A DNA stretch of 45,414 bases from a virus (Duplodnaviria > Caudoviricetes): the IMG/VR virus record IMGVR_UViG_3300030060_005342, positions 1 through 45,414 of that record. One strand, 5' to 3'. Within the stretch, counting starts at the first letter, position 1. Every line of letters begins with the position of its first letter. Positions 23,981-33,205 of the stretch are shown piece after piece. The notes under the pieces were generated by a model. That model was not told where the DNA came from and searched no databases. It saw only the letters and a program-made list of their open reading frames with translations. A program made the translations under genes and the position numbers.

Positions 23981-26796
23981 CGTATTGGTTTAATCCTATA
24001 AATAATTGTTATGTCATTAATTTTAAAATCACTGTGAATGTCATGTGTGCTTTTATTATATATTCCAAGTTGAAAGCTATATATATTATTTGCTTCACTT
24101 GATGTTGCTGGTCTCATAATAGCAGTTGTCCATTCTCCTTTACTTGCATCTAAATAACAAACTCCACTGTCAACAGTGCAATCACTAACAGCTTTAAATT
24201 CTTTTTTACTAGAAGTCCAGTCACCTAAAGTATCAGTCATACTATCTTCACCATTTACTTGATATGAAACACCAATGTCAGACGCTGAACTAGAGCCAGC
24301 ACCAGTCTTGTATGTAATATAAACTTTATATATTTTTTTTCTTACACCAGGTTCTCCAAAATCAATATCTTTTGTTCTTAATGTAACACCCATTCCTTCA
24401 ATTACATTTGCATTAGCTAGGCTGTTTTGAGGAGCTTGACTCCATTTTTTAAAATCAACAGCTGTTGTAGAGTCTGTTGCTTCTGCAATAACAAGTTCGT
24501 TTGTAATAGGCAAAGTTACCATGTTTGAATTATACGCATTAGAACTAGATAAGCTAAATGTAGCAGATTGATAAAAAAATGCTTTAGTTTCAAAATCGTA
24601 GACGTAACCATAATTTGCTGCAGGAATTCTATATATTAAAATGTTTAATTTTTTATCTAAAGGTGAGTATCCAATACACGAAACATTGCTATTTAATCCT
24701 GTATATCCAGACCAAACTGTTGGGTCAAATTTCCCTTCAATTAAATTAGTTGTGTTTTTTCCATCAAAAAAATAAAGACCCTGTGTATTCATCCACACAA
24801 GGCCACCTTCAGCTTTACATACTTTTCTTGAATCGCTTACTCCCAAATTAGGCATTGTTGCTTCTATAAATTCACCGCTTTGACCTGCAGTATTTATAAC
24901 CACTAAACTGTTTCTTTTAAAAATAAATAACCTGTCACCAAAACCTTCAAGATGAGTTATTTCGTCTCCATCAGCAGCAATAACATCAATTTGATTAGCT
25001 GCAGTATTAGGGAAAACATCTGGTTTTAAAATAGCTGATTTAATAACTCTATCAGGATAACTTCTCCCATTAACTAGCACATTGCCAGCATATGTTGTTC
25101 TGTTGACAATTGCTGCAGTTTTCCAACTTGCACTTATTACATCAACATCTGGAGGAAATAAGTTTTCAGATTCATATGTGTCAAACGGTAAATTTGTTAC
25201 TTCATCTAATCCAGTATTGTTATTTATTTGATAATTATTTGATGCATTTTCGTGTAATGGTCTCCATGTATCTGCTCCTGCAACAATCCTATACTCACCT
25301 CTTTCTAAATCAACATCACAAAAAAGCAACCAATCTCCTTCTGCTCCTGTGTTGCCAATACGTTTCATGTAAATTTTAAAACCTTTAATCCTAGAACTCC
25401 ATTGCCTTGCTCTCATTCCGTATTGAAACCCTATAAAGCACTCAGGCTCATTATTGTATCCTGTAAAATCTACAACATAATTAGCTCCTGATTGAAGCCC
25501 CATTTCATTGTAATCAGAGTCACTAGAACCTGCCCCATCATATTTCCAGCCTGGAACAATTAATGATTCTTGATTTTTATCATACACAAAAGACATTCCA
25601 AATGCCCATTTATCTTTAATACTGTCATTTATGCTGTCAACTTCTTTTCTTACCTTAGCAGAAATACCTGATTCATCTGTTGTATTTAAAGCTTGAAATG
25701 TAAATGTAGTTGTTGAACCAATTCCAACAATTTCATGTTCACCACTATGATTAGCACTTCCAGTAACAATTACTTTCATGCCTGGGCCAAATCCTAAGGT
25801 ACTATGGTCAGCACATGTTGCTGTTGCTATATTAGTTGTATCGTCTACAGCAATAGCAGTCAAATCAAGTTCATCTGCTGTTCTTTCTTTAAATCTCAAT
25901 ACCACTTCTTCATTACTACTAGGATAAGTTTCAGAAGAATACGAATCATAAACTTCTAACCCTCTATTGTTTTGAGCTGATGCAGGAGGTGATGGAGTCA
26001 AAGCATCTTTAAACCATGTATTAATTTTAGGTTTATTTGAACTTTCTGTATCGTCAGATTCTAAAAGCCCAACCATCATATTTTTTTTAATATGACCAAA
26101 CCATACGGGTGCATTTTCATTTGAATGGGTTCCATCTGAAACCCTTAAAGCACCATCGTAAAAATAATAATTAACAGTATTAGTTGCTGTTGTTACTCCA
26201 ACATCTAATACATCAGTATACCATTCATCTGTAAGATGGTCAAAGAAATCAATTTTATCAGCATCAGCAAGAACAGTTATTGGTTTTGTTGTTTCAGCAG
26301 GAGCAGAACCAGTACCGTCTGCAACTGCTTTAGTAGCAGCACTTACTTGAAGATTTTCATCATTTGTAAACGGAGCAGTTTCTCCACTACCAGTAACATT
26401 GATTAAATACAATGTACCAGCTGCGTCATTACCTCCTGTAGAGCCACTAGATATTGTGTTTTTAATAACAACCCCACTAGATGCAGAAGTAGCTCCTGTT
26501 ACAGTATCTCCAACATTAATTGCTGCACTTCCATCAGTATAATTTAATGTAAATGCAATTTCATAATCATGAGCAAATGCAAATAAATCACTGTTATATG
26601 CAGTAAAAGCACTTACAGTAGCATCATCAATTTCACTAGCATCAGATAAAAAATTTCCACCTAATTGTACATACCCAGGATTTGATATATCTAAATTTAT
26701 TGCTTCAGCAAGCTCATTTTCTTGAATATCACGAGCTTCGTATTTAGAATTTCTTCCTCCGTCAAAGTTTAATATTTTATAACTTTGTCTTGGCAT
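23977..26796 (-). CDS. Tail tubular protein B / nozzle (stabilisation protein)
   Basis: 939 aa; N-terminal FDGG.N...RDI..NE; beta-propeller-like C-half (DGDEITHL..FGDRLFIFK), TKDIDFGEPG.RKK. Confidence 0.75.
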   Translation of the reverse strand: MPRQSYKILNFDGGRNSKYEARDIQENELAEAINLDISNPGYVQLGGNFLSDASEIDDATVSAFTAYNSDLFAFAHDYEIAFTLNYTDGSAAINVGDTVTGATSASSGVVIKNTISSGSTGGNDAAGTLYLINVTGSGETAPFTNDENLQVSAATKAVADGTGSAPAETTKPITVLADADKIDFFDHLTDEWYTDVLDVGVTTATNTVNYYFYDGALRVSDGTHSNENAPVWFGHIKKNMMVGLLESDDTESSNKPKINTWFKDALTPSPPASAQNNRGLEVYDSYSSETYPSSNEEVVLRFKERTADELDLTAIAVDDTTNIATATCADHSTLGFGPGMKVIVTGSANHSGEHEIVGIGSTTTFTFQALNTTDESGISAKVRKEVDSINDSIKDKWAFGMSFVYDKNQESLIVPGWKYDGAGSSDSDYNEMGLQSGANYVVDFTGYNNEPECFIGFQYGMRARQWSSRIKGFKIYMKRIGNTGAEGDWLLFCDVDLERGEYRIVAGADTWRPLHENASNNYQINNNTGLDEVTNLPFDTYESENLFPPDVDVISASWKTAAIVNRTTYAGNVLVNGRSYPDRVIKSAILKPDVFPNTAANQIDVIAADGDEITHLEGFGDRLFIFKRNSLVVINTAGQSGEFIEATMPNLGVSDSRKVCKAEGGLVWMNTQGLYFFDGKNTTNLIEGKFDPTVWSGYTGLNSNVSCIGYSPLDKKLNILIYRIPAANYGYVYDFETKAFFYQSATFSLSSSNAYNSNMVTLPITNELVIAEATDSTTAVDFKKWSQAPQNSLANANVIEGMGVTLRTKDIDFGEPGVRKKIYKVYITYKTGAGSSSASDIGVSYQVNGEDSMTDTLGDWTSSKKEFKAVSDCTVDSGVCYLDASKGEWTTAIMRPATSSEANNIYSFQLGIYNKSTHDIHSDFKINDITIIYRIKPIR

Positions 26797-26958
26797 TTAG
26801 ATTAATTTATCTTTGCATGCATTCCAAATCTTATCATCTAATTTATTTTTAGTAGACTTTACTAAATAATCTCCTAAATAAAGAAATGCTTGTTTTTTCA
26901 TTTCTGGTGTTATCATGCTTGTTAAGACTTTGCTTAACCCTTTTAATATTGCTTTCAT
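26797..26958 (-). CDS. 53-aa small protein (not in ORF track)
   Basis: AGGAG RBS; MKAILKGLSKVLTSMITPEMKKQAFLYLGDYLVKSTKNKLDDKIW...; exactly fills the gap. Confidence 0.7.
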   Translation of the reverse strand: MKAILKGLSKVLTSMITPEMKKQAFLYLGDYLVKSTKNKLDDKIWNACKDKLI

Positions 26959-27146
26959 TGTTTCTCCTGTTTATTTTCTTTTAATATAAATTCTATAAGT
27001 CTTCCTTGTTGAAATACTGTTCTTTCCAACTCATCAATTCTTTCATCTGCATCATTAGGCTCTTCAACGTACTTAATAAGTTTGTCTAGTTTCCATTTTT
27101 TTGCAATTTTTTTTAATATACCTTCAATTAACATTTTTTGTATCAT
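26955..27146 (-). CDS. Hypothetical protein
   Basis: Coupled ORF in the late operon. Confidence 0.7.
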   Translation of the reverse strand: MIQKMLIEGILKKIAKKWKLDKLIKYVEEPNDADERIDELERTVFQQGRLIEFILKENKQEKQ

Positions 27147-27147
27147 A

Positions 27148-27540
27148 TTAGCAATTCCATTTTCTTAATGCTTTGTTTATTCTACTGTTTGGGTCTCTAG
27201 CAGTTTTAGCACTTGTTAGTCGTTTCTTCATACCTTTCATTCTAGCACAAAAAGATTTACGTCTCTTAGAAGCCTTACTGCCTTTTTTCAACTTAGAAGG
27301 TTTAGTAGTAACTGCAGTTTTTAATTTAGAACCAGGATTATCTCTTCGATAAGATGCAACACCTTTTTTATTTAAGCCACCACTTTCACTCTTACCTTCT
27401 TTGCGTTGCCAAGCAGGTGTTTTTTTAACCTTACCACCATCTTTAAATTGAACAGTTTTTGTGTCCTTGTAAAAACAATCCATAGGTATTTTTTGAGACC
27501 TTGAGGTCGCATCTATTTCTTTCATTCTTTCTCTTCCCAT
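27148..27540 (-). CDS. Basic DUF6321-like protein
   Basis: AWQRKEGK..SGGLN.KG..SY...NPGSKLK...RRKSFCARM...SRINKALRKWNC. Confidence 0.75.
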   Translation of the reverse strand: MGRERMKEIDATSRSQKIPMDCFYKDTKTVQFKDGGKVKKTPAWQRKEGKSESGGLNKKGVASYRRDNPGSKLKTAVTTKPSKLKKGSKASKRRKSFCARMKGMKKRLTSAKTARDPNSRINKALRKWNC

Positions 27541-27887
27541 TTAGTTAAATCAAGCATTTGCAATGGTCTTTCTATCACATGTTCTTTTAACTTGTCATTC
27601 TGTATTTGTATTTTAGTTCCACCTTTTACATAGGGCTTACCGTTAGCCATTCCAATATCATATGCAAAAAATGTTGTTTTCCAAATTCCTACTCTTATAC
27701 ATCTAGCAGGCCTACCGTCCAATATAACTACATCGTCTGTGTTTAAGTCTTTGCCCATGAAGACTTTTAAGCCTTCAACAACTGTTTCAATAGTAGATTT
27801 AAATAATAAAAGAGCAACTCCAGATACAAATAACCATACCCAGTTTCCTAAGATACCTTCTGCTTGTTTCTGTAATTCCTCTTCCAT
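27522..27887 (-). CDS. Small membrane protein with an MscS-like beta domain
   Basis: TM helix then DDVVILDG....IRVGIWKTTF, resembling the MscS middle domain. Confidence 0.6.
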   Translation of the reverse strand: MEEELQKQAEGILGNWVWLFVSGVALLLFKSTIETVVEGLKVFMGKDLNTDDVVILDGRPARCIRVGIWKTTFFAYDIGMANGKPYVKGGTKIQIQNDKLKEHVIERPLQMLDLTKWEEKE

Positions 27888-27889
27888 AA

Positions 27890-28666
27890 TTATCCATTTA
27901 TTAATTCACCCCACAATGAGGTTCTTCCATCAATTATTTGTATAACATGCACCGTAAAGTGCCCTTTTGTAAAAAAGTCAACAATTGCAAATGCATGTGA
28001 CCAATTTATAGGTCTGCCGCCAAGCCAAGCATTTTGTTCATTGCTCATATCTTTTAGGCAACCAATGCTCCATGCTGACTTTTGACCATCCATATGTGTC
28101 ATTGAGCTCTGTTGGATATCGTGATGATGCCCATACATTACATTCGTTCCAAGACGTATTAGATGATTCCTTGTATGCTGCACTCCTGCAAAGTGATGGC
28201 CATGGTAAAAGTGTAATTTGCCAATCTTGAGATACTTTCCTGCTTGATAGTAATTGTATCCTCTTTCTTTCAATCTTACGCATTCATTAAACCTGTAATT
28301 AGTTAAATAAGGATTTTCGTCAACAAACCGATTCATCCAGTCATCATGATTTCCTTCAATCATATATTTTTCTTTGCAATTAGCTTTGTCTAAAGACTCA
28401 TCAATTAAGTCCATGCCCTTGTTTACATCTTTAACATCTTTGTCAATAAAAGGTAATTGGTATTCAAGTGGTGGTCTTTTCTTTTTTTTCCATTGCCAAT
28501 GAGAACAACCATGCCACTCACCTACATCACCTAAGTCAACATAAACATCAGGCTTTACTATTTCAATTGCTTTTTTAACCACACTGATAGCTTTTTTATC
28601 ATGTAGTGGAAAATGTTTATCTGGCGTTACAAATACACGTTTTACAACGCCTTTGTCATTTTTCAT
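27890..28666 (-). CDS. Calcineurin-like metallophosphoesterase
   Basis: DxH (PDKH), GDxxE, GNHD, HGH and GHHH motifs. Confidence 0.88.
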   Translation of the reverse strand: MKNDKGVVKRVFVTPDKHFPLHDKKAISVVKKAIEIVKPDVYVDLGDVGEWHGCSHWQWKKKKRPPLEYQLPFIDKDVKDVNKGMDLIDESLDKANCKEKYMIEGNHDDWMNRFVDENPYLTNYRFNECVRLKERGYNYYQAGKYLKIGKLHFYHGHHFAGVQHTRNHLIRLGTNVMYGHHHDIQQSSMTHMDGQKSAWSIGCLKDMSNEQNAWLGGRPINWSHAFAIVDFFTKGHFTVHVIQIIDGRTSLWGELING

Positions 28667-28672
28667 ATAAAC

Positions 28673-28822
28673 CTATTTTTTAATTTCGTTATATGCTTTT
28701 GCACATATATAAACAAACGTAGCTAGCCCTACAAGAACTCTAACTGCCATAGGTAGCCATTCCATCCAAGTCACAAGCATACCACTTATTCCAGCTGTTG
28801 TAGTTTTAGCTGATTCTATCAT
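28673..28822 (-). CDS. 49-aa two-helix membrane protein, holin candidate (not in ORF track)
   Basis: MIESAKTTTAGISGMLVTWMEWLPMAVRVLVGLATFVYICAKAYNEIKK; GAGG RBS; TAATG coupling. Confidence 0.6.
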   Translation of the reverse strand: MIESAKTTTAGISGMLVTWMEWLPMAVRVLVGLATFVYICAKAYNEIKK

Positions 28823-29595
28823 TATGGACTATCCTCTGCAAAAACAGGACCATTCTCTACTGTTCCGTCATTATTATTACCACTAGCATCATATATTGTT
28901 GAACCTGTGCCATTTTCTACACCGTCACCCATTCTCCACCAACCTTTTAATTTAGAAGACTGTATTCCATCTTTGTGGTTATAAGGTAATCCATTATTAT
29001 ATATTGTGGTGACTTGACCTGCTGTAAAAGCTATGTCATTATAAAAAGCTACATCTGATATATAGCCTACGTAGTCTCTAGAATTGCCATCGTTTCCAAT
29101 ATAAAATGCTTCAGAACCGTCAGTTATGTCAGATATGCTCATTGCATTTGCGGTATTTGTTAAAGAACCGTCAACATAAGTGTGCATTTTATCGTCTGAA
29201 TTTTCACAAACACAAACTACATGATGCCATTGATTCATGTTAACTGCATCTGCAGCTGTTTGCTCTGTATTTCTAGTTCCACCGCCAGAACTAGTAACGG
29301 TATCAAAATATATTTTATTAGAATGCGAAGCGTTATCTACATGAGTTACCGCCCATCCATCCCCACTTCCTAAAGAATCACCTTTTGACACAATAGGCCA
29401 AAAATCTTTACTGCCAGGGTCAACACTTCTAAACCAAGCAGATATAGTAAAGTCTTTTGTGCCTACATCTAAACTAGAATCAGACCCACAATTAATTCTA
29501 TTGTCGTTTGTACCATCAAAATACATAGACCATCTATCATATTTTGAAAATGGTTTTACAGAACTAACTGAATTTGATAAATTATTACTAGGCAT
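28822..29595 (-). CDS. LamG/concanavalin A-like lectin domain virion protein
   Basis: FDGTND...FTISAWF...QWHHVV...YVDGS...GYISDVAFYN...WWRMGD. Confidence 0.85.
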   Translation of the reverse strand: MPSNNLSNSVSSVKPFSKYDRWSMYFDGTNDNRINCGSDSSLDVGTKDFTISAWFRSVDPGSKDFWPIVSKGDSLGSGDGWAVTHVDNASHSNKIYFDTVTSSGGGTRNTEQTAADAVNMNQWHHVVCVCENSDDKMHTYVDGSLTNTANAMSISDITDGSEAFYIGNDGNSRDYVGYISDVAFYNDIAFTAGQVTTIYNNGLPYNHKDGIQSSKLKGWWRMGDGVENGTGSTIYDASGNNNDGTVENGPVFAEDSP

Positions 29596-29873
29596 TATCC
29601 GTAGTACGCTATTACTTTACCACTACCTAAAGAAAATACACTAAATCTTCCAAATAAAGTTGTTCCTTTTGGAATTGTAAAATCAGCTGCATCGTTCATT
29701 GTATCTGCGATATTAGTACAATCACTCACATCTACTGCTGCATCTTCTAATGCTGTTATTGCTACAAATGGGCCTGTGTGTTGAGCTGTGTCATCTATTA
29801 ATATTGAACCATTTTGCCCTAAAGCTGCATTTTGAGCCTCAACTACTGTGTAATTTAATAAACTTTTTGCCAT
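29595..29873 (-). CDS. Small virion-associated hypothetical protein
   Basis: GGAGG RBS; beta-rich; TIPKG.T.FGRF......SGKVIAY. Confidence 0.7.
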   Translation of the reverse strand: MAKSLLNYTVVEAQNAALGQNGSILIDDTAQHTGPFVAITALEDAAVDVSDCTNIADTMNDAADFTIPKGTTLFGRFSVFSLGSGKVIAYYG

Positions 29874-29883
29874 ATTTCCTCCC

Positions 29884-29915
29884 TGCCCTAAGCACTGGCT
29901 GTGCGTGAATGGGCT
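29884..29915 (-). promoter_or_regulatory. GC-rich nested hairpin abutting the RBS of 29595..29873
   Basis: Minus strand GCCC-attcac-GCAC-agcca-GTGC-tta-GGGC immediately before GGGAGG..ATG. Confidence 0.45.
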
Positions 29916-29930
29916 TGTTATTAATTAAAA

Positions 29931-30428
29931 TTATACGCTTGCTACAAAAATTTCAACATCAACTGCATTAGCACTAGGGTCTACCAATATACTTTCCAAA
30001 TCATGCAAAGTTGTTTGAACTGAGCTGTCAGCATCATAAGCCGCAATAGAATCATGAGATGTTCCCATTACAAAACTATGTCCTGCTTCAAGTAATATAG
30101 TAGCTGTTTCATTTGCAGCACTTGCCCCACTACCACTTTCAGTCACATCTATTTGTAAATTAACATTAACTGAATTATCGGCATCAAGATTAGTCAATCT
30201 AATATATTTGACATCTTGAACATCCATTGAAGAATCAGTGACATCAACAGTAACTCCACTTCTAAAAACAGTAGTGTCTACGTTAGCTGGGCAAGTCAAT
30301 ATTCTCTTATATACTTCATTAATATCTGATATTCTTAAAGTATTTTTAGCTCCTTGTCTTGAGCCATTTAAAGTTATCTCTTCTTCAATTGTTATTTTTA
30401 ATGTTGCATTTTTTATTGTTGTTGCCAT
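29931..30428 (-). CDS. Hypothetical structural protein
   Basis: AGGAG RBS; beta-rich; located in the virion operon. Confidence 0.7.
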   Translation of the reverse strand: MATTIKNATLKITIEEEITLNGSRQGAKNTLRISDINEVYKRILTCPANVDTTVFRSGVTVDVTDSSMDVQDVKYIRLTNLDADNSVNVNLQIDVTESGSGASAANETATILLEAGHSFVMGTSHDSIAAYDADSSVQTTLHDLESILVDPSANAVDVEIFVASV

Positions 30429-30436
30429 TTATTCTC

Positions 30437-30850
30437 CTAAAGTCTTGGTACGCTTAAAAATCTTACACCCGATTTCCTTGATGGAAATTTCTTAACCATG
30501 TTGTCAAACATTGCCTTATAATATTGGGCTTTTTGAATATCCCCTGCATCTTCAAGCATTCTATATTTTACATAACAGACAACACATTTATGCAAACCTA
30601 CATCTAAACCTAAATCTTTTTTTAAATCATCTTCTACATTTTTTGCTGTTTCGTATCTAGCGTGGTAATTAATTCTTACACCCTTTGCAACACTTGAATC
30701 AGAATAAGTATCATAACCATCATATGACGAAGTACCGTCAGTTGTGTTGTCATTTGTAAAAACCCTAGATACAATAGCAAGCTGGTCATCATCATTATAC
30801 CAAGCAAAATAATCATTTGGATAATTTCTTTTATTTGTTGATGTGGCCAT
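30437..30850 (-). CDS. Putative head-tail adaptor component
   Basis: C-terminal H.CVV.YV..R..ED.GD...A.YY...F resembles adaptor/tubular-A helices. Confidence 0.55.
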   Translation of the reverse strand: MATSTNKRNYPNDYFAWYNDDDQLAIVSRVFTNDNTTDGTSSYDGYDTYSDSSVAKGVRINYHARYETAKNVEDDLKKDLGLDVGLHKCVVCYVKYRMLEDAGDIQKAQYYKAMFDNMVKKFPSRKSGVRFLSVPRL

Positions 30851-31134
30851 TAATATTCATCCTCTTTTAATAGATTATGAGAATCAGTTAATTTTGGTAT
30901 CATAACATATCTGTCATTTGTATCTAATATCTCAACTCTAAAAATATCAATCATTTCATCTTCAAGCTCATACCATCGTTTGTCTTCAGTTAAATCAATT
31001 TTCATTTGTTTTCTGCGATGTTGCTTGTTAATTCCAATTTCTTCTAAAGCATCATTAATTAATTGGATAGTGTAGTTTTCAGGCTGTCTTCCTGCAACGT
31101 GTTCAACTTGCTCTATAATATTTTTAATTTTCAT
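30850..31134 (-). CDS. Putative head-tail adaptor component
   Basis: M....IIEQV......LINDAL.EI....Y.L pattern like adaptor N-termini. Confidence 0.55.
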   Translation of the reverse strand: MKIKNIIEQVEHVAGRQPENYTIQLINDALEEIGINKQHRRKQMKIDLTEDKRWYELEDEMIDIFRVEILDTNDRYVMIPKLTDSHNLLKEDEY

Positions 31135-31778
31135 TGAGATGGTTGTTCTCCTTTAGATAGTCCACCAGTTTTTAAAACATTTACTGCATCTTCATAAGTG
31201 TTTTTAAGATTTGCTATTATTGGGGCGTATGTTTCAATATCCTCTTCAATTGCCATTTGATACTCAGCCGCAGTAATTGCTGCTCTCATAGGAACTAAAT
31301 GCTCTGCCTCATCAGGAAAAACTGATATACTTGTAGCATTATAAGCTACTGACGGATATTGAATTTCTTCATATTTACATGTTGAAACTCCTGACGGAAT
31401 AGCATTAATTTTATTGCTTTCAATATAATAAACAGGGTCTGTTAATGTTGCATGTTCAATTGAATCAGGGTCACTTGCTTTATGTTTTAATGAATTAGGA
31501 ATTTCTCTTGCTTGAACAGAGCCAACAAAAACTGATAATATTTTTCCAGTATTTAATGTTTCTGCTTCAGAGCCAACTGCTGCAGATGTAAATGTTTGAG
31601 TTGCAGAACAAAGTTTTAACAAATTCCTAGGAAGAGTATTAATAACATCTTTTGCTGCATCTGTTAACCATTGTGTGCATAGCTCACGAAAAGTTGCATC
31701 AGCAGCTTCACTTGCAGATGTACTGTCTGCATCAAATCCTGTTAAAGAATGTACTTGTTGTGAAAAATTCCAAGCCAT
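31131..31778 (-). CDS. Putative tail tubular protein A / adaptor
   Basis: QWLTDAAKDVIN.LP...DPVYY...FPDEAEHLV...AA; position after the capsid genes. Confidence 0.6.
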   Translation of the reverse strand: MAWNFSQQVHSLTGFDADSTSASEAADATFRELCTQWLTDAAKDVINTLPRNLLKLCSATQTFTSAAVGSEAETLNTGKILSVFVGSVQAREIPNSLKHKASDPDSIEHATLTDPVYYIESNKINAIPSGVSTCKYEEIQYPSVAYNATSISVFPDEAEHLVPMRAAITAAEYQMAIEEDIETYAPIIANLKNTYEDAVNVLKTGGLSKGEQPSQ

Positions 31779-31960
31779 TAAATATCGCCACCCATTTTAG
31801 ATACTGAGTCTCCAATAGTTGTTGTGTTAAATTCCATTTTTGTTTGATTGCTCCAAGTTGTTCTCATGTTAACATGGTTTCTTGTATTATCAGTATTAAG
31901 TGGGCGAGCTTTAGACTCAACCCACTTTTCAGTTTCCTTGTCGTATACAAATATAGCCAT
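31778..31960 (-). CDS. Hypothetical protein
   Basis: Coupled ORF in the late operon. Confidence 0.6.
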   Translation of the reverse strand: MAIFVYDKETEKWVESKARPLNTDNTRNHVNMRTTWSNQTKMEFNTTTIGDSVSKMGGDI

Positions 31961-33102
31961 TAGTCTCTTGAGTTTTTTGTTGGAAAATCAAACATGCCAC
32001 CAACTTGTCCACCAGTTTGATAAGCATGCACTGCACCACCATGTCTCATTTCTTTAGCTTCACCTTCTGGTTTAACCCATTTTTTAGCAGAGTCATCCCA
32101 TTTAGTTTTGCCAGCATTTTTTTCTTCTGCAGTCATAGTGTTGTATTTTCTGCCTTGCCAAGTAAAGTCTTTTTGACGTTCTCCGTCATATTTGCCCCTA
32201 CCGTGCCTTGCATCAGCATATGCTTCATTCTTAGACATTTCAGATTGAGAACCTTCTTTGTATTCAGGATAAAATCCACCTTCAGTTTCTTTGCCTTCAT
32301 ACATTTCAGGTTTCATCTCTTCATATGTTTTTTGGTCTTCTTTAGGCTTGTTAGGAGAAACTGGTTTTCCTTTTTCTTTTCTTTCTTTTACAATAGTTCC
32401 TAGTGCTTTTTTAGGCTTTTCAACCACATCTGTTTTATTAATAGTATCTTTTTTAGAATCAGCTTTAGCTTGAATGTCAGCAGCTCTTTTTTTGCCTTTT
32501 TTGTCAAACTCTTTAAACTTTCTATACATTCTTTCAAAAAATCCAACTTCTCCACCATCTGCATAAGCATTTATCCAATGGTTACCTGCAACACCTCCAT
32601 GCATCATTCCTTCTGGCATCATAGGGTTGCCCATAACACCACTTGCTGCTTGGTCAGCTACTTGATTAGCCATTTGACTAATGTCTTGATTAACTGCTGC
32701 ATCAGCACCAGGCATTGGATTATTAATAGCTGGATTTACATTTTGATTGTTTTGCCCAGCAACTCCGCCCATTTGTTTTTCTTCAATATATTTTGCTTCT
32801 CCTGCATCTACCATATCTTGGGCTTTGTCCATGGCTTCATCAGAATACATAACTTCTATCTTTGGCATTACTTCTCCTCCCTCTTGCATCATTAGTTTAT
32901 CTTCAAAGCCAGGCACTCCTGCCTCAGCAAATACTTCATCAGGTTCCTTGCCAGCAATTCCCCCAACAGCCATTTGTTGCTCTTCATTTAGAACGACTTC
33001 ACCCTCAGTGAGCATTGCAGGAATATCGTCAATTCCTCCTTGACCTCCTGTTGCAACCCCACCTTCATCTTTTAATTCTGTATTATCACCATATCCAGGC
33101 AT
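31960..33102 (-). CDS. Modular late protein with repeated GG tags
   Basis: GGIDDIPAMLTEGEVVLN motif, six xxxGGxV/A tags and a DFTWQGRKYNT module. Confidence 0.75.
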   Translation of the reverse strand: MPGYGDNTELKDEGGVATGGQGGIDDIPAMLTEGEVVLNEEQQMAVGGIAGKEPDEVFAEAGVPGFEDKLMMQEGGEVMPKIEVMYSDEAMDKAQDMVDAGEAKYIEEKQMGGVAGQNNQNVNPAINNPMPGADAAVNQDISQMANQVADQAASGVMGNPMMPEGMMHGGVAGNHWINAYADGGEVGFFERMYRKFKEFDKKGKKRAADIQAKADSKKDTINKTDVVEKPKKALGTIVKERKEKGKPVSPNKPKEDQKTYEEMKPEMYEGKETEGGFYPEYKEGSQSEMSKNEAYADARHGRGKYDGERQKDFTWQGRKYNTMTAEEKNAGKTKWDDSAKKWVKPEGEAKEMRHGGAVHAYQTGGQVGGMFDFPTKNSRD

Positions 33103-33125
33103 ATCTTCTCCTCTTTAATATAAAA

Positions 33126-33178
33126 ATTTTTAGTAGATTTGGGGTAAGCCCTTTATACGACCTACCCCATAGTTCTAC
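33126..33178 (-). terminator. Stem-loop terminator/attenuator downstream of the capsid genes
   Basis: Minus strand GGGGTAGGTC-gtataaag-GGCTTACCCC stem, extended by GTAGA/TCTAC. Confidence 0.6.
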
Positions 33179-33205
33179 AAAACTATTAAACCTTATTGTT
33201 TTGGT

